57,254 nucleotides of DNA from a virus (taxonomy: Duplodnaviria > Caudoviricetes). The first letter of the stretch is position 1. Every line of letters begins with the position of its first letter. The position numbers and the translations under genes were made by a program. Shown here piece after piece: positions 1 through 10,022 of the stretch. A model generated the notes under the pieces. The model saw only the letters and a program-made list of their open reading frames with translations. It was not told where the DNA came from and made no database searches. The stretch lies in the IMG/VR virus record IMGVR_UViG_3300042344_000496, positions 1-57,254 of that record. One strand, written 5' to 3'.

Positions 1-699
1 ATATGATAAGTATGTTGGAGACTTTTGATATGCATGAAACGACATGACATAATTTAAGACATCCATATAAGTCATGACTCCATAAGGTGTTAAATTGACT
101 TCAGATGATCCATCAGTATCAAATTGAGAGTTATCTATAATTTCTGATGTTTTATATGCTGCTTCCAATATCTTTTTTAACAAATCACCAGTTTCCATAG
201 CATTACCAGCATTAGTATCTAGATAACTATTTGGTGTTTTAGGTTGATTAACTCCGAATAAATTAAAAATACTTTCAGCTAATATATGCTGCGCCCATTC
301 AACGAATGCAACTCTTTTACATACATATCCTTGATATACAACATCAACACATTCAGTAACAAAGAATTTATGTTTAATCGCTAAATGCTCTTGAATATTT
401 TCATCTGCTAGATCATTTTCTTCTCCATTTGTTATGGGGAATATATTTATTGTAACCAAATCTCTACCATTACCTAAAAATTCATATGGTGAATCAGATT
501 TTTCCATGAAATTTAATTCATTGTTTATAACCATAACTCCATTATTAAATGGATTAAATATATTATCTTCTATTTCAAGATAACGAACCATAGAACGGTT
601 TAATATAAAATACTTATCATTCTCAGTATTCTCTAGCATGACAAAAAAATGATATTCCTTGTCATTAAACTTTGCTTTAAATGATCCTGATTCAGACAT
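1..699 (-). CDS. Partial CDS running off the window; probable baseplate hub protein (gp27-like)
   Basis: ATG at 699-697 (MSESGSFKAKFNDKEYHFFV...), frame open to position 1; follows the gp53-like gene in the baseplate cluster. Not in the supplied ORF track. Confidence 0.45.
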   Translation of the reverse strand, partial: MSESGSFKAKFNDKEYHFFVMLENTENDKYFILNRSMVRYLEIEDNIFNPFNNGVMVINNELNFMEKSDSPYEFLGNGRDLVTINIFPITNGEENDLADENIQEHLAIKHKFFVTECVDVVYQGYVCKRVAFVEWAQHILAESIFNLFGVNQPKTPNSYLDTNAGNAMETGDLLKKILEAAYKTSEIIDNSQFDTDGSSEVNLTPYGVMTYMDVLNYVMSFHAYQKSPTYLSY

Positions 700-700
700 A

Positions 701-1045
701 TTAGTTAATAGAATCTATAATTTCATTAATATATTCTGGCTTAATTATTTTTAATACAGAACCAGCTTTAATCATTTTAACTGGATTTTTAATATTATTA
801 AATCTAACAATAACCCACCATAATGTTTGATCTCCGTATATAATATGAGATAAAGTCGTATATGCCATCGAAGAATCAATAGTATAATAATCATATGCTG
901 ATCTATCTATTTCAGATGGAAACTTTATAGTATTAGATATATTATAAAAAACATAAGAAGCCTTTCCCTCTTCTTTTATTTCATACATATTGAAGATGTT
1001 TTCATATCTACTTGGACTATGATATATATCTATTTTCCTAATCAT
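701..1045 (-). CDS. Baseplate wedge protein, T4 gp53-like (LysM-like)
   Basis: LSHIIYGDQTLWWVIVRFNNIKNP...GSVLKI pattern typical of gp53/LysM baseplate proteins. Confidence 0.75.
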   Translation of the reverse strand: MIRKIDIYHSPSRYENIFNMYEIKEEGKASYVFYNISNTIKFPSEIDRSAYDYYTIDSSMAYTTLSHIIYGDQTLWWVIVRFNNIKNPVKMIKAGSVLKIIKPEYINEIIDSIN

Positions 1046-1046
1046 A

Positions 1047-2309
1047 TTATGAATTCTTTTTTATAATAGCATTTCTATTTAATGTTTTAAAATTATCACC
1101 AGTCTGCATTCTAATAAAATTAGATGCTTCCATAACTAATGATTCAAATGTTATCTGCACTTTAAATGCATCTGGAACAATACCTTCATTTCCATTATTC
1201 AACTTTAACATTCTTCTAGTTCCAACATGATCTACTTGCATCTTACTAACAAATGTATACGGATAAAATACTCTGCCCGGTATTGTTAATTCATAAATTA
1301 CTGGAGGATTTGAGAGTATTCTATTCTCTCTAGAAGGACTATTTGCAATAACAAATCTATTAATCATATCACAATTAGCTTTATATGAATCTGGATTTAT
1401 TGTATTATATAATATAAAACTTACTGTAATAGCTTCTCCATCTCTTTTAAAATCATAAAATTTAGGTCTTTCAATAAAAGAACCCGGAGCAACTAATGTT
1501 ACTGGGGCTGAAATGATTTCTGCTGCTCCTGTCATGCCTTTATCTATAACTTCGCTTCCAGCACCTTGCATTATTCTATTTTCATTGCTGCCACCACCAC
1601 CAGCATCTGCAAATTTTTGTCCAAAGTCATAATAAACATCTGAAAAATATGGAAATTTATAACTAATATTTGTTGCTTCTCTAAGATAAAGATACTTATA
1701 TGGCTTTAATAAAGGATTTTGCCAATCAGCATTGTCTGCTGTTTTGTCTTCTTGTTTTATTTTATTTATAATATCCGAGGCAGCATTTTGTATTTTTTGT
1801 GCTGCACCTGTTGATAATGCTGAATCAATAGAAGCTTTTGCATTTTTAGCAGAAGATTTGAGTTTATCCAAAACATCTTTAAATGTTGAGCTATCAGCAT
1901 TCTTAATAGATTCGCTTATTTTATTAGCTGCTGATTTAGCTGCATCTGCCCCAACTGCTATAGAATCTGCTAAAATATTATAAGAATTAAAAAGAGATGC
2001 AATATGCGAACTATATTTTATTCTATATTCATTTAAAAATATATAAGGAACATTTGTATCTCTGAATGTAGAAGTAGTCCAATCGTAACTAGCAATGATA
2101 TCAATAACTTTGGATGTTTCAACTTTAGGGGTTCCAGATATACTAATACCTTCAGATTGATCTTTAGCAGATCCTCTATTAACTTCATTTAACTGATCTA
2201 AAGAAGATGTAAACTTAGATTCATCAGCTTTATTAGCATTTGGATATTGATCAGATGTCTGACCAGTTGTTCTAACATCTCCAAAAACATTTGTAGTAGT
2301 ATCAGCCAT
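1047..2309 (-). CDS. Baseplate tail-tube cap/initiator, gp48-like
   Basis: C-terminal tube-fold motifs (ITVSFILYNT, PPVIYEL, VSKMQVD, VQITFESL); position next to the tape measure. Confidence 0.5.
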   Translation of the reverse strand: MADTTTNVFGDVRTTGQTSDQYPNANKADESKFTSSLDQLNEVNRGSAKDQSEGISISGTPKVETSKVIDIIASYDWTTSTFRDTNVPYIFLNEYRIKYSSHIASLFNSYNILADSIAVGADAAKSAANKISESIKNADSSTFKDVLDKLKSSAKNAKASIDSALSTGAAQKIQNAASDIINKIKQEDKTADNADWQNPLLKPYKYLYLREATNISYKFPYFSDVYYDFGQKFADAGGGGSNENRIMQGAGSEVIDKGMTGAAEIISAPVTLVAPGSFIERPKFYDFKRDGEAITVSFILYNTINPDSYKANCDMINRFVIANSPSRENRILSNPPVIYELTIPGRVFYPYTFVSKMQVDHVGTRRMLKLNNGNEGIVPDAFKVQITFESLVMEASNFIRMQTGDNFKTLNRNAIIKKNS

Positions 2310-2321
2310 ATATTATATAAG

Positions 2322-5300
2322 TTAAGAGATTGACATATTCATCAATTTTAGATTATTTAGATATGTCTCTTTAGTTCTAAATGATGTTGAAGAATTTTTA
2401 GGTGGAGTTGGTTCTGATGATGGTATCATTGCAACTTTACCAGATCCAGAAGATGGTATTTGATACACACCATCCCTGATTTGTTGTAGAACATCGCCAT
2501 TAATTCTCAACTGATCTAATTGGTTTTGAAGTACTGTCATTTCAGATTCATGAGTCTGTGAAATGATTTTAGCTAATTGCTGGTTATCATAATTTATGTT
2601 TGAAATTGATGTCAATGCAGATTCTTCAGCAACACCTTCAAAGTTTTTATATGCCTCTGTTAATTTATTTAAAGACTCTGCTAATGTGTCTACAGATGTT
2701 TTCATTTCAAACAACTTAGTATTAAAAATATCTGTATCCATTAATTGTAATGCTTCATTAAAACCAGTAATTATAGAATATATATCCATCTCTTGATATG
2801 CTGTTTTAAATGCATCAATATACCACAACATAGTGCCAAACTTATCAACGAATGCTTCTATATTCATCATGTATCCAATATCATTCAACCCAACAACAAT
2901 ATTGTAAACGTCTAATAAATCATATGATTTCTTTAATGAATCAAAATTTAATATAAGTTGATTAATTTTTTCTGTAAATAAATCATACTCAATACCAGAA
3001 ATCATGTCATTAAATCCTATTATTATATTATAAACATCTAATAAATCATAAGATTCTTTCAGTTGGTCAAAAGACCATTTCATTCCATACATGTTTTCAT
3101 TAAATAGCGTAGAATCAACACCATCCAACAAACTTGTTATTCCAAAAATTACTGAATATATGTCTAAATTATCATAAGATAGTTTCAGATTATCTAATGA
3201 ATCCGAAACCGAAAACATATTTTCTAAATATAAACCTAAATCTATTATATTGAATATATCGAAAAATTCATATAAACTTTTATTAAAGGAATCTAATGAT
3301 GTCGAATATTCAACTATTGGATCAAAAACAGAAAATATTTCTGATAAACTAGAAAAGCCTTCTTTGATTCCATCCAAATTTATTTCCTTAATCTTTTCTA
3401 AAGATAAAATAGATAAAATAAATGTATCAATTCCTTCAGATCCAATTTCTTGTAAATCCCTATAAGCTTTAACGAAGTTCATTAATCCTTCTCCTAACAC
3501 ACCAAAAGATTCTGAAACTATAACTAATCTATCTACATCTAAATCTAATAATTTCTTAATAGATTTGGTAACATCAGCTTTAAAAAAAGCTGTAAACACG
3601 TTTGGACCAACATTAATTGCATTAACAAATGATAGTAATCCACCACCTAATATTTCCAAACTTTTCCCAACTTCTTCTAAAGCTGAAGAATCTAAATCCT
3701 CAAACTTTCTAATGTGTGATACAACATCTAATCCAAAAAAGTCTGCTAATGATGCCAATGCAGAACCAACCAATGCTGCAACCATTCCTGCTGTAAATGA
3801 TATCAATCCTATTCCTAATTCTTTCAAACCAATACCAACTTCTCTTAGTTTTTTACCATCTATTTTATTAAACTTAACTAATTGAACAGATAATACGTCA
3901 ATAATATATCCTATAGCATTTATAGCTAATATTCCAACTAACATAAATGGAAGAAATAGTGTAAACATTAAACCCAATACTAAAACAAGTCCAACCAAAG
4001 AAGTAACTGCTGATGTAGCATCGACCATGTTTGATGATGCCTTCTTCCAATTTACTTTAGTAAATTTCATGAAAGCTTCAGCTAATACACCAATCACAAA
4101 ACTTAATGCAATAATTGTAATAGTACCAATAGCTAAAAACGGTGCCACAAAAGACACTAGGAAGCCTACTCCAGCAACGAAAGCCCCAAATAGTAGTATT
4201 GCCACACTAGCAACAGCTAACCCTTTCATAATAGCTCCCCATTGCAATCCAGCCAATTTCATTAAATTATCAGCTAGATATCCAATAGTAAATGATAATG
4301 CCAATAAAACTAACATTCCCTTTAATATTTCCATCATTGGTGCCTTAGCAACTAATATTAGTCCACCCAATAATGCACCAATCACTAACATAAACATCAA
4401 TGTCGATTTTAAATAAGGTTTTTCATTTAACCTATCAATTTCATCAAACATCGGAACTAAAACAAATTTAACTAACAATCCAGCAACTGCCAAAGATAAA
4501 AAGATTTTAAGTAAATCAATAGGAGATGGCATTTGCTTACTCACTAATTTTAAAACATAAGAAAATGTCACCATCAAAATTGCTAATTTAATTAATGAAT
4601 TTATATATTTCAATGCTGGCATTTCATATATTTTTTCCATTAAAGGTATTATTATAAATCCAATAATCAAAGAAAATAATCCAAACGATGCGACCACTTT
4701 CATCAAGTCTTTTTGTTCAACAGAATGACTCAATAAAGAAACTAATGCTCCAATAACAACACCAATAAATAAAAACTTAAATAGACCCTCTAATATGGTT
4801 AAAAATGGTATACTAGTTAATGCTATTAATGTTGGTATGATGATAAAAGATATTATTAATGAAAATAACCCGAAGCTTTTCATCATGGTTATCAAATCAT
4901 TGTTCTTTAAAAACTTATTTGAAAAATGTATAACAGCACCTAACGAAACAACTATAATCAATAATTTACCAAGTGCTGCTATGAAATCGCCAAAATTCAT
5001 TTTAGCTAATGCTTGTATTGATGGTATTATTCCTAATAATATAATTGCTGTAAACCCACCAAACCAAGTCATGGTTTTTTGTAAATCTTTATTATTTAAA
5101 AATTTATTAGCAGCTTTTAGTACACCACCAATACTTACCATTATTAATGTTAAATTAAAAAGTGCTATTATGACATCAGAAAATTTAATTCTAGCTAATG
5201 CTTGAATTGCTGGTATTATTCCAAGCAATATAATTGCTGTAAATGCACCAAACCAAGTCATAGTCTTCATCAAATCCTTATTTTTAGAAGACTCTTCCAT

Positions 5301-6899
5301 TTTAGATATCAATTTAGCCATTGATATCACAACCAAATATAATGCACCTAATGAATAAATGAAATCACCGAAATCCATTTTAGCTAAAGTTTTTAATATT
5401 GGTATCATTACCATTAATATTAAAAATCCAAATATACCAAAAGTTTTTGTTGCTTCTGTAAGCTTAGATCCAGCAGAAGCTAATTTATTGAAAAGAAAAA
5501 TGAATGCACCTACAGCAACTACAGCTTTTAATATAGAAGAAATATCTATAGATTTTGTTTCAATTATAGATTTTATTACGAAAAACATTCCTAAACCAAA
5601 TGCCAATAGATTTCCTGCACCACCCATTTTTTGGAACAAATCTGACATTCCACTTTTCTTGTTTCTTTCAGAAGCATATTCATTCTGTAATGCAATTAAT
5701 TCATCCAATCTAGAAATTATTGAAGCATTTTGAAATGAAAACAACTTATATTGTAATACACTAAACTTCAAAACATCAGTCCATTGCATCAATCTCAATA
5801 AAGTTTCAAAAGATTTTTTGCTGACGTTCATTTCCTTTTTAGAATTCATTGAATTGTTTAATGAATTCAATGAAGATTTCTGAGCCTTTCCATTATCTAC
5901 AAACTTGTCGTATAACTTTTGTATTGGCTTTCCTATTTCATTCTTCAATGTACTAATTATTTCTCTAGAAATTGATTTCAAATCTTTAAGCATATCGATT
6001 TGAATTAAACTTCTAGTAAATATTTTCCCCAACGTTCTAGTCTGCTCCAGAACATCAAGTTCTCTTCTCAAATCCTTAACTAATGTCTTATTAGAATCAG
6101 ATGGTTTAACCATCGCAGACTTCAATAAGTTAATAGCTTCTGTATTTTCTTTTAATAATGAATGCGTCCAATCTCTTAAATCTGTTATAGCATTAACAAC
6201 ATCTAATGGCGACCCTTCTTGTACAACTGGTTTATTAGATTTAAATCCATCAGATAATTTAAGCCCTAAATTATTAATTGCTTCTATATTTTCAGTAAGT
6301 AATGAATATGTCCAATCTTTTAAATCTGTTATAGCATTAACAACATCTAATGGGGACCCTTCTTGTACAACTGGTTTATTAGATTTAAATCCATCAGCTA
6401 TATTAAGCCCTAAATTATTAATTGCTTTGATGTTTTCATTTAAAAGAGTATGAGTCCACTCTCTTAAATCAATTATAGCATTAACAATATCTAATGGTGT
6501 ACCTTGATTAGAATCTGCTTCTTTATCAATATCAATATTTCCACTACTTGATGTTGATAAATATTGCAACAAATTATTAATGGAAGAATTCAGTAATAAA
6601 AGTTGATCTGTAATCAACCCTTTAATATTCAATTCTTTTGAATATATCTTTGCAGATGTTTTAATTTTCTTCTCATCAAACCCAAGACCTAATATTTCTT
6701 TATAAATCTTTGCTGCTTCTGTAGCTCTAACTTTTTCTTTAGCTATCTCTTGAGAAGTCATTCTAGACTGTGAAGAATCAACGACAGAACTCTTTTTACC
6801 ATCTTTAGCTGCCCCTTTTGCAGCAGGAAACCTATCAGACAAAGCTTTAAGCTTGTCGATTAATGTTTCTAATTTCTTTAAAATCTTATCTTCCACCAT
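2322..6899 (-). CDS. Tail tape measure protein
   Basis: 1525 aa, helical and repetitive, long hydrophobic centre, located in the tail module. Confidence 0.75.
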   Translation of the reverse strand: MVEDKILKKLETLIDKLKALSDRFPAAKGAAKDGKKSSVVDSSQSRMTSQEIAKEKVRATEAAKIYKEILGLGFDEKKIKTSAKIYSKELNIKGLITDQLLLLNSSINNLLQYLSTSSSGNIDIDKEADSNQGTPLDIVNAIIDLREWTHTLLNENIKAINNLGLNIADGFKSNKPVVQEGSPLDVVNAITDLKDWTYSLLTENIEAINNLGLKLSDGFKSNKPVVQEGSPLDVVNAITDLRDWTHSLLKENTEAINLLKSAMVKPSDSNKTLVKDLRRELDVLEQTRTLGKIFTRSLIQIDMLKDLKSISREIISTLKNEIGKPIQKLYDKFVDNGKAQKSSLNSLNNSMNSKKEMNVSKKSFETLLRLMQWTDVLKFSVLQYKLFSFQNASIISRLDELIALQNEYASERNKKSGMSDLFQKMGGAGNLLAFGLGMFFVIKSIIETKSIDISSILKAVVAVGAFIFLFNKLASAGSKLTEATKTFGIFGFLILMVMIPILKTLAKMDFGDFIYSLGALYLVVISMAKLISKMEESSKNKDLMKTMTWFGAFTAIILLGIIPAIQALARIKFSDVIIALFNLTLIMVSIGGVLKAANKFLNNKDLQKTMTWFGGFTAIILLGIIPSIQALAKMNFGDFIAALGKLLIIVVSLGAVIHFSNKFLKNNDLITMMKSFGLFSLIISFIIIPTLIALTSIPFLTILEGLFKFLFIGVVIGALVSLLSHSVEQKDLMKVVASFGLFSLIIGFIIIPLMEKIYEMPALKYINSLIKLAILMVTFSYVLKLVSKQMPSPIDLLKIFLSLAVAGLLVKFVLVPMFDEIDRLNEKPYLKSTLMFMLVIGALLGGLILVAKAPMMEILKGMLVLLALSFTIGYLADNLMKLAGLQWGAIMKGLAVASVAILLFGAFVAGVGFLVSFVAPFLAIGTITIIALSFVIGVLAEAFMKFTKVNWKKASSNMVDATSAVTSLVGLVLVLGLMFTLFLPFMLVGILAINAIGYIIDVLSVQLVKFNKIDGKKLREVGIGLKELGIGLISFTAGMVAALVGSALASLADFFGLDVVSHIRKFEDLDSSALEEVGKSLEILGGGLLSFVNAINVGPNVFTAFFKADVTKSIKKLLDLDVDRLVIVSESFGVLGEGLMNFVKAYRDLQEIGSEGIDTFILSILSLEKIKEINLDGIKEGFSSLSEIFSVFDPIVEYSTSLDSFNKSLYEFFDIFNIIDLGLYLENMFSVSDSLDNLKLSYDNLDIYSVIFGITSLLDGVDSTLFNENMYGMKWSFDQLKESYDLLDVYNIIIGFNDMISGIEYDLFTEKINQLILNFDSLKKSYDLLDVYNIVVGLNDIGYMMNIEAFVDKFGTMLWYIDAFKTAYQEMDIYSIITGFNEALQLMDTDIFNTKLFEMKTSVDTLAESLNKLTEAYKNFEGVAEESALTSISNINYDNQQLAKIISQTHESEMTVLQNQLDQLRINGDVLQQIRDGVYQIPSSGSGKVAMIPSSEPTPPKNSSTSFRTKETYLNNLKLMNMSIS
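6121..6510 (-). repeat. About three tandem 144-bp (48-aa) repeats in the tape measure gene
   Basis: taaatc..tatagcattaacaa.atctaatgg recurs at 6177, 6321 and 6465; peptide QEGSPLDVVNAITDLxDWTxSLLxEN. Confidence 0.9.
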
Positions 6900-6918
6900 T
6901 ATTATTTAATGGGAAAGC

Positions 6919-6954
6919 AAAAAATCCCCACAAACTCTCGTCTGTGGGGATTTT
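6919..6954 (-). terminator. Rho-independent terminator
   Basis: Stem aaaatccccacaaac/gtctgtggggatttt followed by a T-run on the minus strand, downstream of 6971..7726. Confidence 0.8.
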
Positions 6955-6970
6955 CTTTTGTTTATTATGT

Positions 6971-7726
6971 CTACTTTTCTGTTTCCTTGGCAAACAATCT
7001 AGCATCTACTGGCAAAACATCTCCATTCACTGTTACATAATCCATTTCAGTCTTCCTAAAACCTTGAATATAATCTAAAATCTTATTACTAAGATAAGCA
7101 GGAATACTTTCAATAACAGAAACTCTATCTTTAAACTGTAAAGATGTTAAATCCATCTCTTCTCCTCCAACTTTTACTTTATTTACGAACTTAGCAATCT
7201 CAAAAATGAACAATGATCCAACTGTATCACTAATTTCAGCATCCTTATTCTTCTTAAAGGTTGAAATTTGTTGATCATTAGCCTTGATATCAAGCTTTAA
7301 AGATGGAACTGATAAAGAGATTTCCAATTCTTCATCTTTAAATGATAATGTTTTTACAAAATCATCTTCAAATTTCAGATTATTATCTAGAATATCACCC
7401 AAATTAAATGTAGTTTCCTTATCATCATCCTTAACCTTAACAGTTTCACCGAAAGAAACCCTACGAAGAGCTAAAATGATTGGAAATTTATCTACAGTTA
7501 GAAAATCATAAGTCTCTACAGAGTTATCTAAGATGATTTGAGACATGATATTACTAATAGTAACACCAGAAATAGCACCATCCAATCCAGTTTTAATCAA
7601 TTCCTTTTGTTGTTTAACAGAAAGTTGAGTAAATTCCATCACCTTTTTAGCAGATGGAACATAAACTTTAACAAGATTGCTGTTGTTAAGCTTTTGAAGT
7701 TTTGAAATTACAGAATTAATAGACAT
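6971..7726 (-). CDS. Baseplate hub assembly protein, gp26-like
   Basis: VYVPS..F.QLSVKQQKEL, DKFPIILALRRVSFGE resemble T4 gp26. Confidence 0.7.
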   Translation of the reverse strand: MSINSVISKLQKLNNSNLVKVYVPSAKKVMEFTQLSVKQQKELIKTGLDGAISGVTISNIMSQIILDNSVETYDFLTVDKFPIILALRRVSFGETVKVKDDDKETTFNLGDILDNNLKFEDDFVKTLSFKDEELEISLSVPSLKLDIKANDQQISTFKKNKDAEISDTVGSLFIFEIAKFVNKVKVGGEEMDLTSLQFKDRVSVIESIPAYLSNKILDYIQGFRKTEMDYVTVNGDVLPVDARLFAKETEK

Positions 7727-7759
7727 ATTTCAAATAATTTACCATAAATACTACATTTG

Positions 7760-8647
7760 TCAACGCCTAAAAGATGGCATACTAGGCATTTTAGGCATAC
7801 TAGGCATAGAAGAACTTGACTTAGAAGCTTCTTCTTGACGTTTCATGTCTTCATTGTAGAACTTTATGAAGAATTTACACTCATTCATCGTGCTGTTCTT
7901 AAACCATTCGTAATCCATCCTCAATTTATTGAATAAAACAAATTGTAATTCATAGAAATTAAGCAATTTATCTCCAAAAATAGATTTTATAAACAATAAA
8001 AATGTTCTGTCAAAGAAATTAATTGCTACACCATCAAAATTATATGTAGTATTTGGTGATAATATAAAATTATTATTAGAAAAAGTCTTTAAATCTTCCA
8101 AGTATATTAATAAATTATCTGTAAGATTTGCTGGTATAAGATCAATTATACTATTATATTCTTCTATTGTCAAATTAATTGTTGAAATTTTCTCGTCTTC
8201 AATAATTATATTATTAATAATATTTCTATAAATATCATCTAAATCATTTATTATAAAATATTTTGGTATATTTAAATTTAATGTAATATCATTATAGTGA
8301 TATGATTTTACTATATTATAATTAGATAATTTTTCATTAATATTATTGATAATAGAATCCAATGAATAATTAAATGATGCACCATCGAAAGATAATGTCA
8401 AATCATTTCCTAATGACATTTCTCTTTTATATAACATAATAGAGAATTTATCAATATTTGTCAAACTTTCATAAATTGAGTTATCATTTAAATCCTCTTT
8501 TATTAAATTTTCGATGAAATCATTAAGTAATAGTTCATCATTTGTAGATATTATATTCAGCATTTCTGAATATAATTCATTATTCATTTTAGAAATATAA
8601 ACATCTTTAGGGTATAAAGGCAATTTACATCTCTTTTTATACTTCAT
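7760..8647 (-). CDS. Baseplate hub assembly protein, gp26/gp51-like paralog
   Basis: IDKFSIMLYKREMSLG is gp26-like; C-terminal LNFYELQFVL...MNECKFFI is gp51-like; ATG at 8647 lies 5 nt after TAAATC. Confidence 0.55.
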   Translation of the reverse strand: MKYKKRCKLPLYPKDVYISKMNNELYSEMLNIISTNDELLLNDFIENLIKEDLNDNSIYESLTNIDKFSIMLYKREMSLGNDLTLSFDGASFNYSLDSIINNINEKLSNYNIVKSYHYNDITLNLNIPKYFIINDLDDIYRNIINNIIIEDEKISTINLTIEEYNSIIDLIPANLTDNLLIYLEDLKTFSNNNFILSPNTTYNFDGVAINFFDRTFLLFIKSIFGDKLLNFYELQFVLFNKLRMDYEWFKNSTMNECKFFIKFYNEDMKRQEEASKSSSSMPSMPKMPSMPSFRR

Positions 8648-8672
8648 CAAAAGATTTATGTCAATCTTTTAA

Positions 8673-9365
8673 TTAAACAAGAGTGTAATTATAATTAGTA
8701 AAAACCCAGTCTACGGTTTTAATGTCTATTCTTTCTCCTTCATAATTCAATTCTGAATCTGAAATTGAATATGGAACACAACCAAAGAATTCGAATAGTT
8801 TTCTTCTTGGTTTTTTATCAAATCCTCTAGCTTTTGTATATTGAGAAACTCTAATAGTAGCTTTAATAGATGAAGTACTTAATGCAATTAATCCTTCATA
8901 TGATGCAGTAATAATCCATGGCTTTATAATACCATCATTAAAGTCTAAATTGGTTTCTAAAAACCCTAAACTTAAAGATTTTTCTGACATTCCTATTCTA
9001 TCACCACCAACAGCAGATTTTAAATATCCACCCATATTTTCTACTGTAGCTGTTGTTACAGAAAATGATTCTTTTGGTAATTTCATGTTCTGAACAAAAA
9101 ATAACCCAGAAGCATCTGGATCTGAAATTACACCTCTAGTAGTAGAATTATATAATTTATCTAATTGTTTCTGACCTAAAATTATACCATTATCTTTATA
9201 AATTCCTGATGAATTTCTACCATTTAATTTACTCATCAAATAAGATTCGTTCTCAGGAGTAATGGTAACAAACCATTGAGTAGTAAGTGGGACATCATAT
9301 TCCCACCTACTAATCAAATCCAAAAATCTATTGGCAGGGCTATAGTTATCTAAAGCTGTAGCCAT
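8673..9365 (-). CDS. Tail tube-like protein (gp54/gp19 paralog)
   Basis: LPKESF...FEFFGCVPYSISDSELNY tube-fold motifs. Confidence 0.6.
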   Translation of the reverse strand: MATALDNYSPANRFLDLISRWEYDVPLTTQWFVTITPENESYLMSKLNGRNSSGIYKDNGIILGQKQLDKLYNSTTRGVISDPDASGLFFVQNMKLPKESFSVTTATVENMGGYLKSAVGGDRIGMSEKSLSLGFLETNLDFNDGIIKPWIITASYEGLIALSTSSIKATIRVSQYTKARGFDKKPRRKLFEFFGCVPYSISDSELNYEGERIDIKTVDWVFTNYNYTLV

Positions 9366-9382
9366 TTAATTGATTAATCAAA

Positions 9383-9988
9383 TTAACGTAAACCCGAAGG
9401 AAAAGCTGGTAGTGATGGGCGAGATGCGTCTTGGAAGAAATGATATGCTATAGAAACCGTAAATGATTTAATAGCTCCACTACCTTCTGCAATTTCAAAT
9501 GCAACATCTCCAACATTTCTGATTGAAACACCAACTAATTTAAATGCTCTAACAATATCTAATCTTTTATTTAATTGGCTCACGGTTAAATATGATAATG
9601 GTCCGGCAATAGTTCCTAATGGATATCCAGTACCATTATTGCTAAACCCTGCTTGCCCAGTAAAAGCATCGAAAGTTCTTCTACTTTCATCTAGAAAAAT
9701 ATCTCTAATATTTGAACTTTCTGAGCAATAAAATTCCATTTCATATGATTCACTTCCACTAAATTCTACAGAACCGGGAAGATTGAATGTTTGTCCAGCA
9801 TATTTTACTGTTTGATTAACAATATTTCTTGCTGGTAATTTTCCAGCCTTAGCGTAAACTAATGTATCTGCACGAAAAATTGTTGGATTGCCTCCAAATT
9901 GTAATTCCTCTAATCTAAAATGATAATCTCTTGTAAAATCATTTGATACAGCTTTTTGGAAAAATGTTTCAATTGTTTGTTGTGTCAT
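9383..9988 (-). CDS. Tail tube protein, gp19-like
   Basis: AKAGKLPARNI..QTVKYAGQTFNLPGSVEF...FTVSIAYHFF; follows the sheath gene. Confidence 0.8.
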   Translation of the reverse strand: MTQQTIETFFQKAVSNDFTRDYHFRLEELQFGGNPTIFRADTLVYAKAGKLPARNIVNQTVKYAGQTFNLPGSVEFSGSESYEMEFYCSESSNIRDIFLDESRRTFDAFTGQAGFSNNGTGYPLGTIAGPLSYLTVSQLNKRLDIVRAFKLVGVSIRNVGDVAFEIAEGSGAIKSFTVSIAYHFFQDASRPSLPAFPSGLR

Positions 9989-10022
9989 ATATTTATTTAG
10001 TTAAAAGTTATATTTAATATTA

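Noticed and set aside
1732-5733. Several + strand ORFs of 66-136 aa opposite the gp48-like and tape measure genes
   Set aside because: Antisense shadows of long minus-strand genes, with no promoters or motifs
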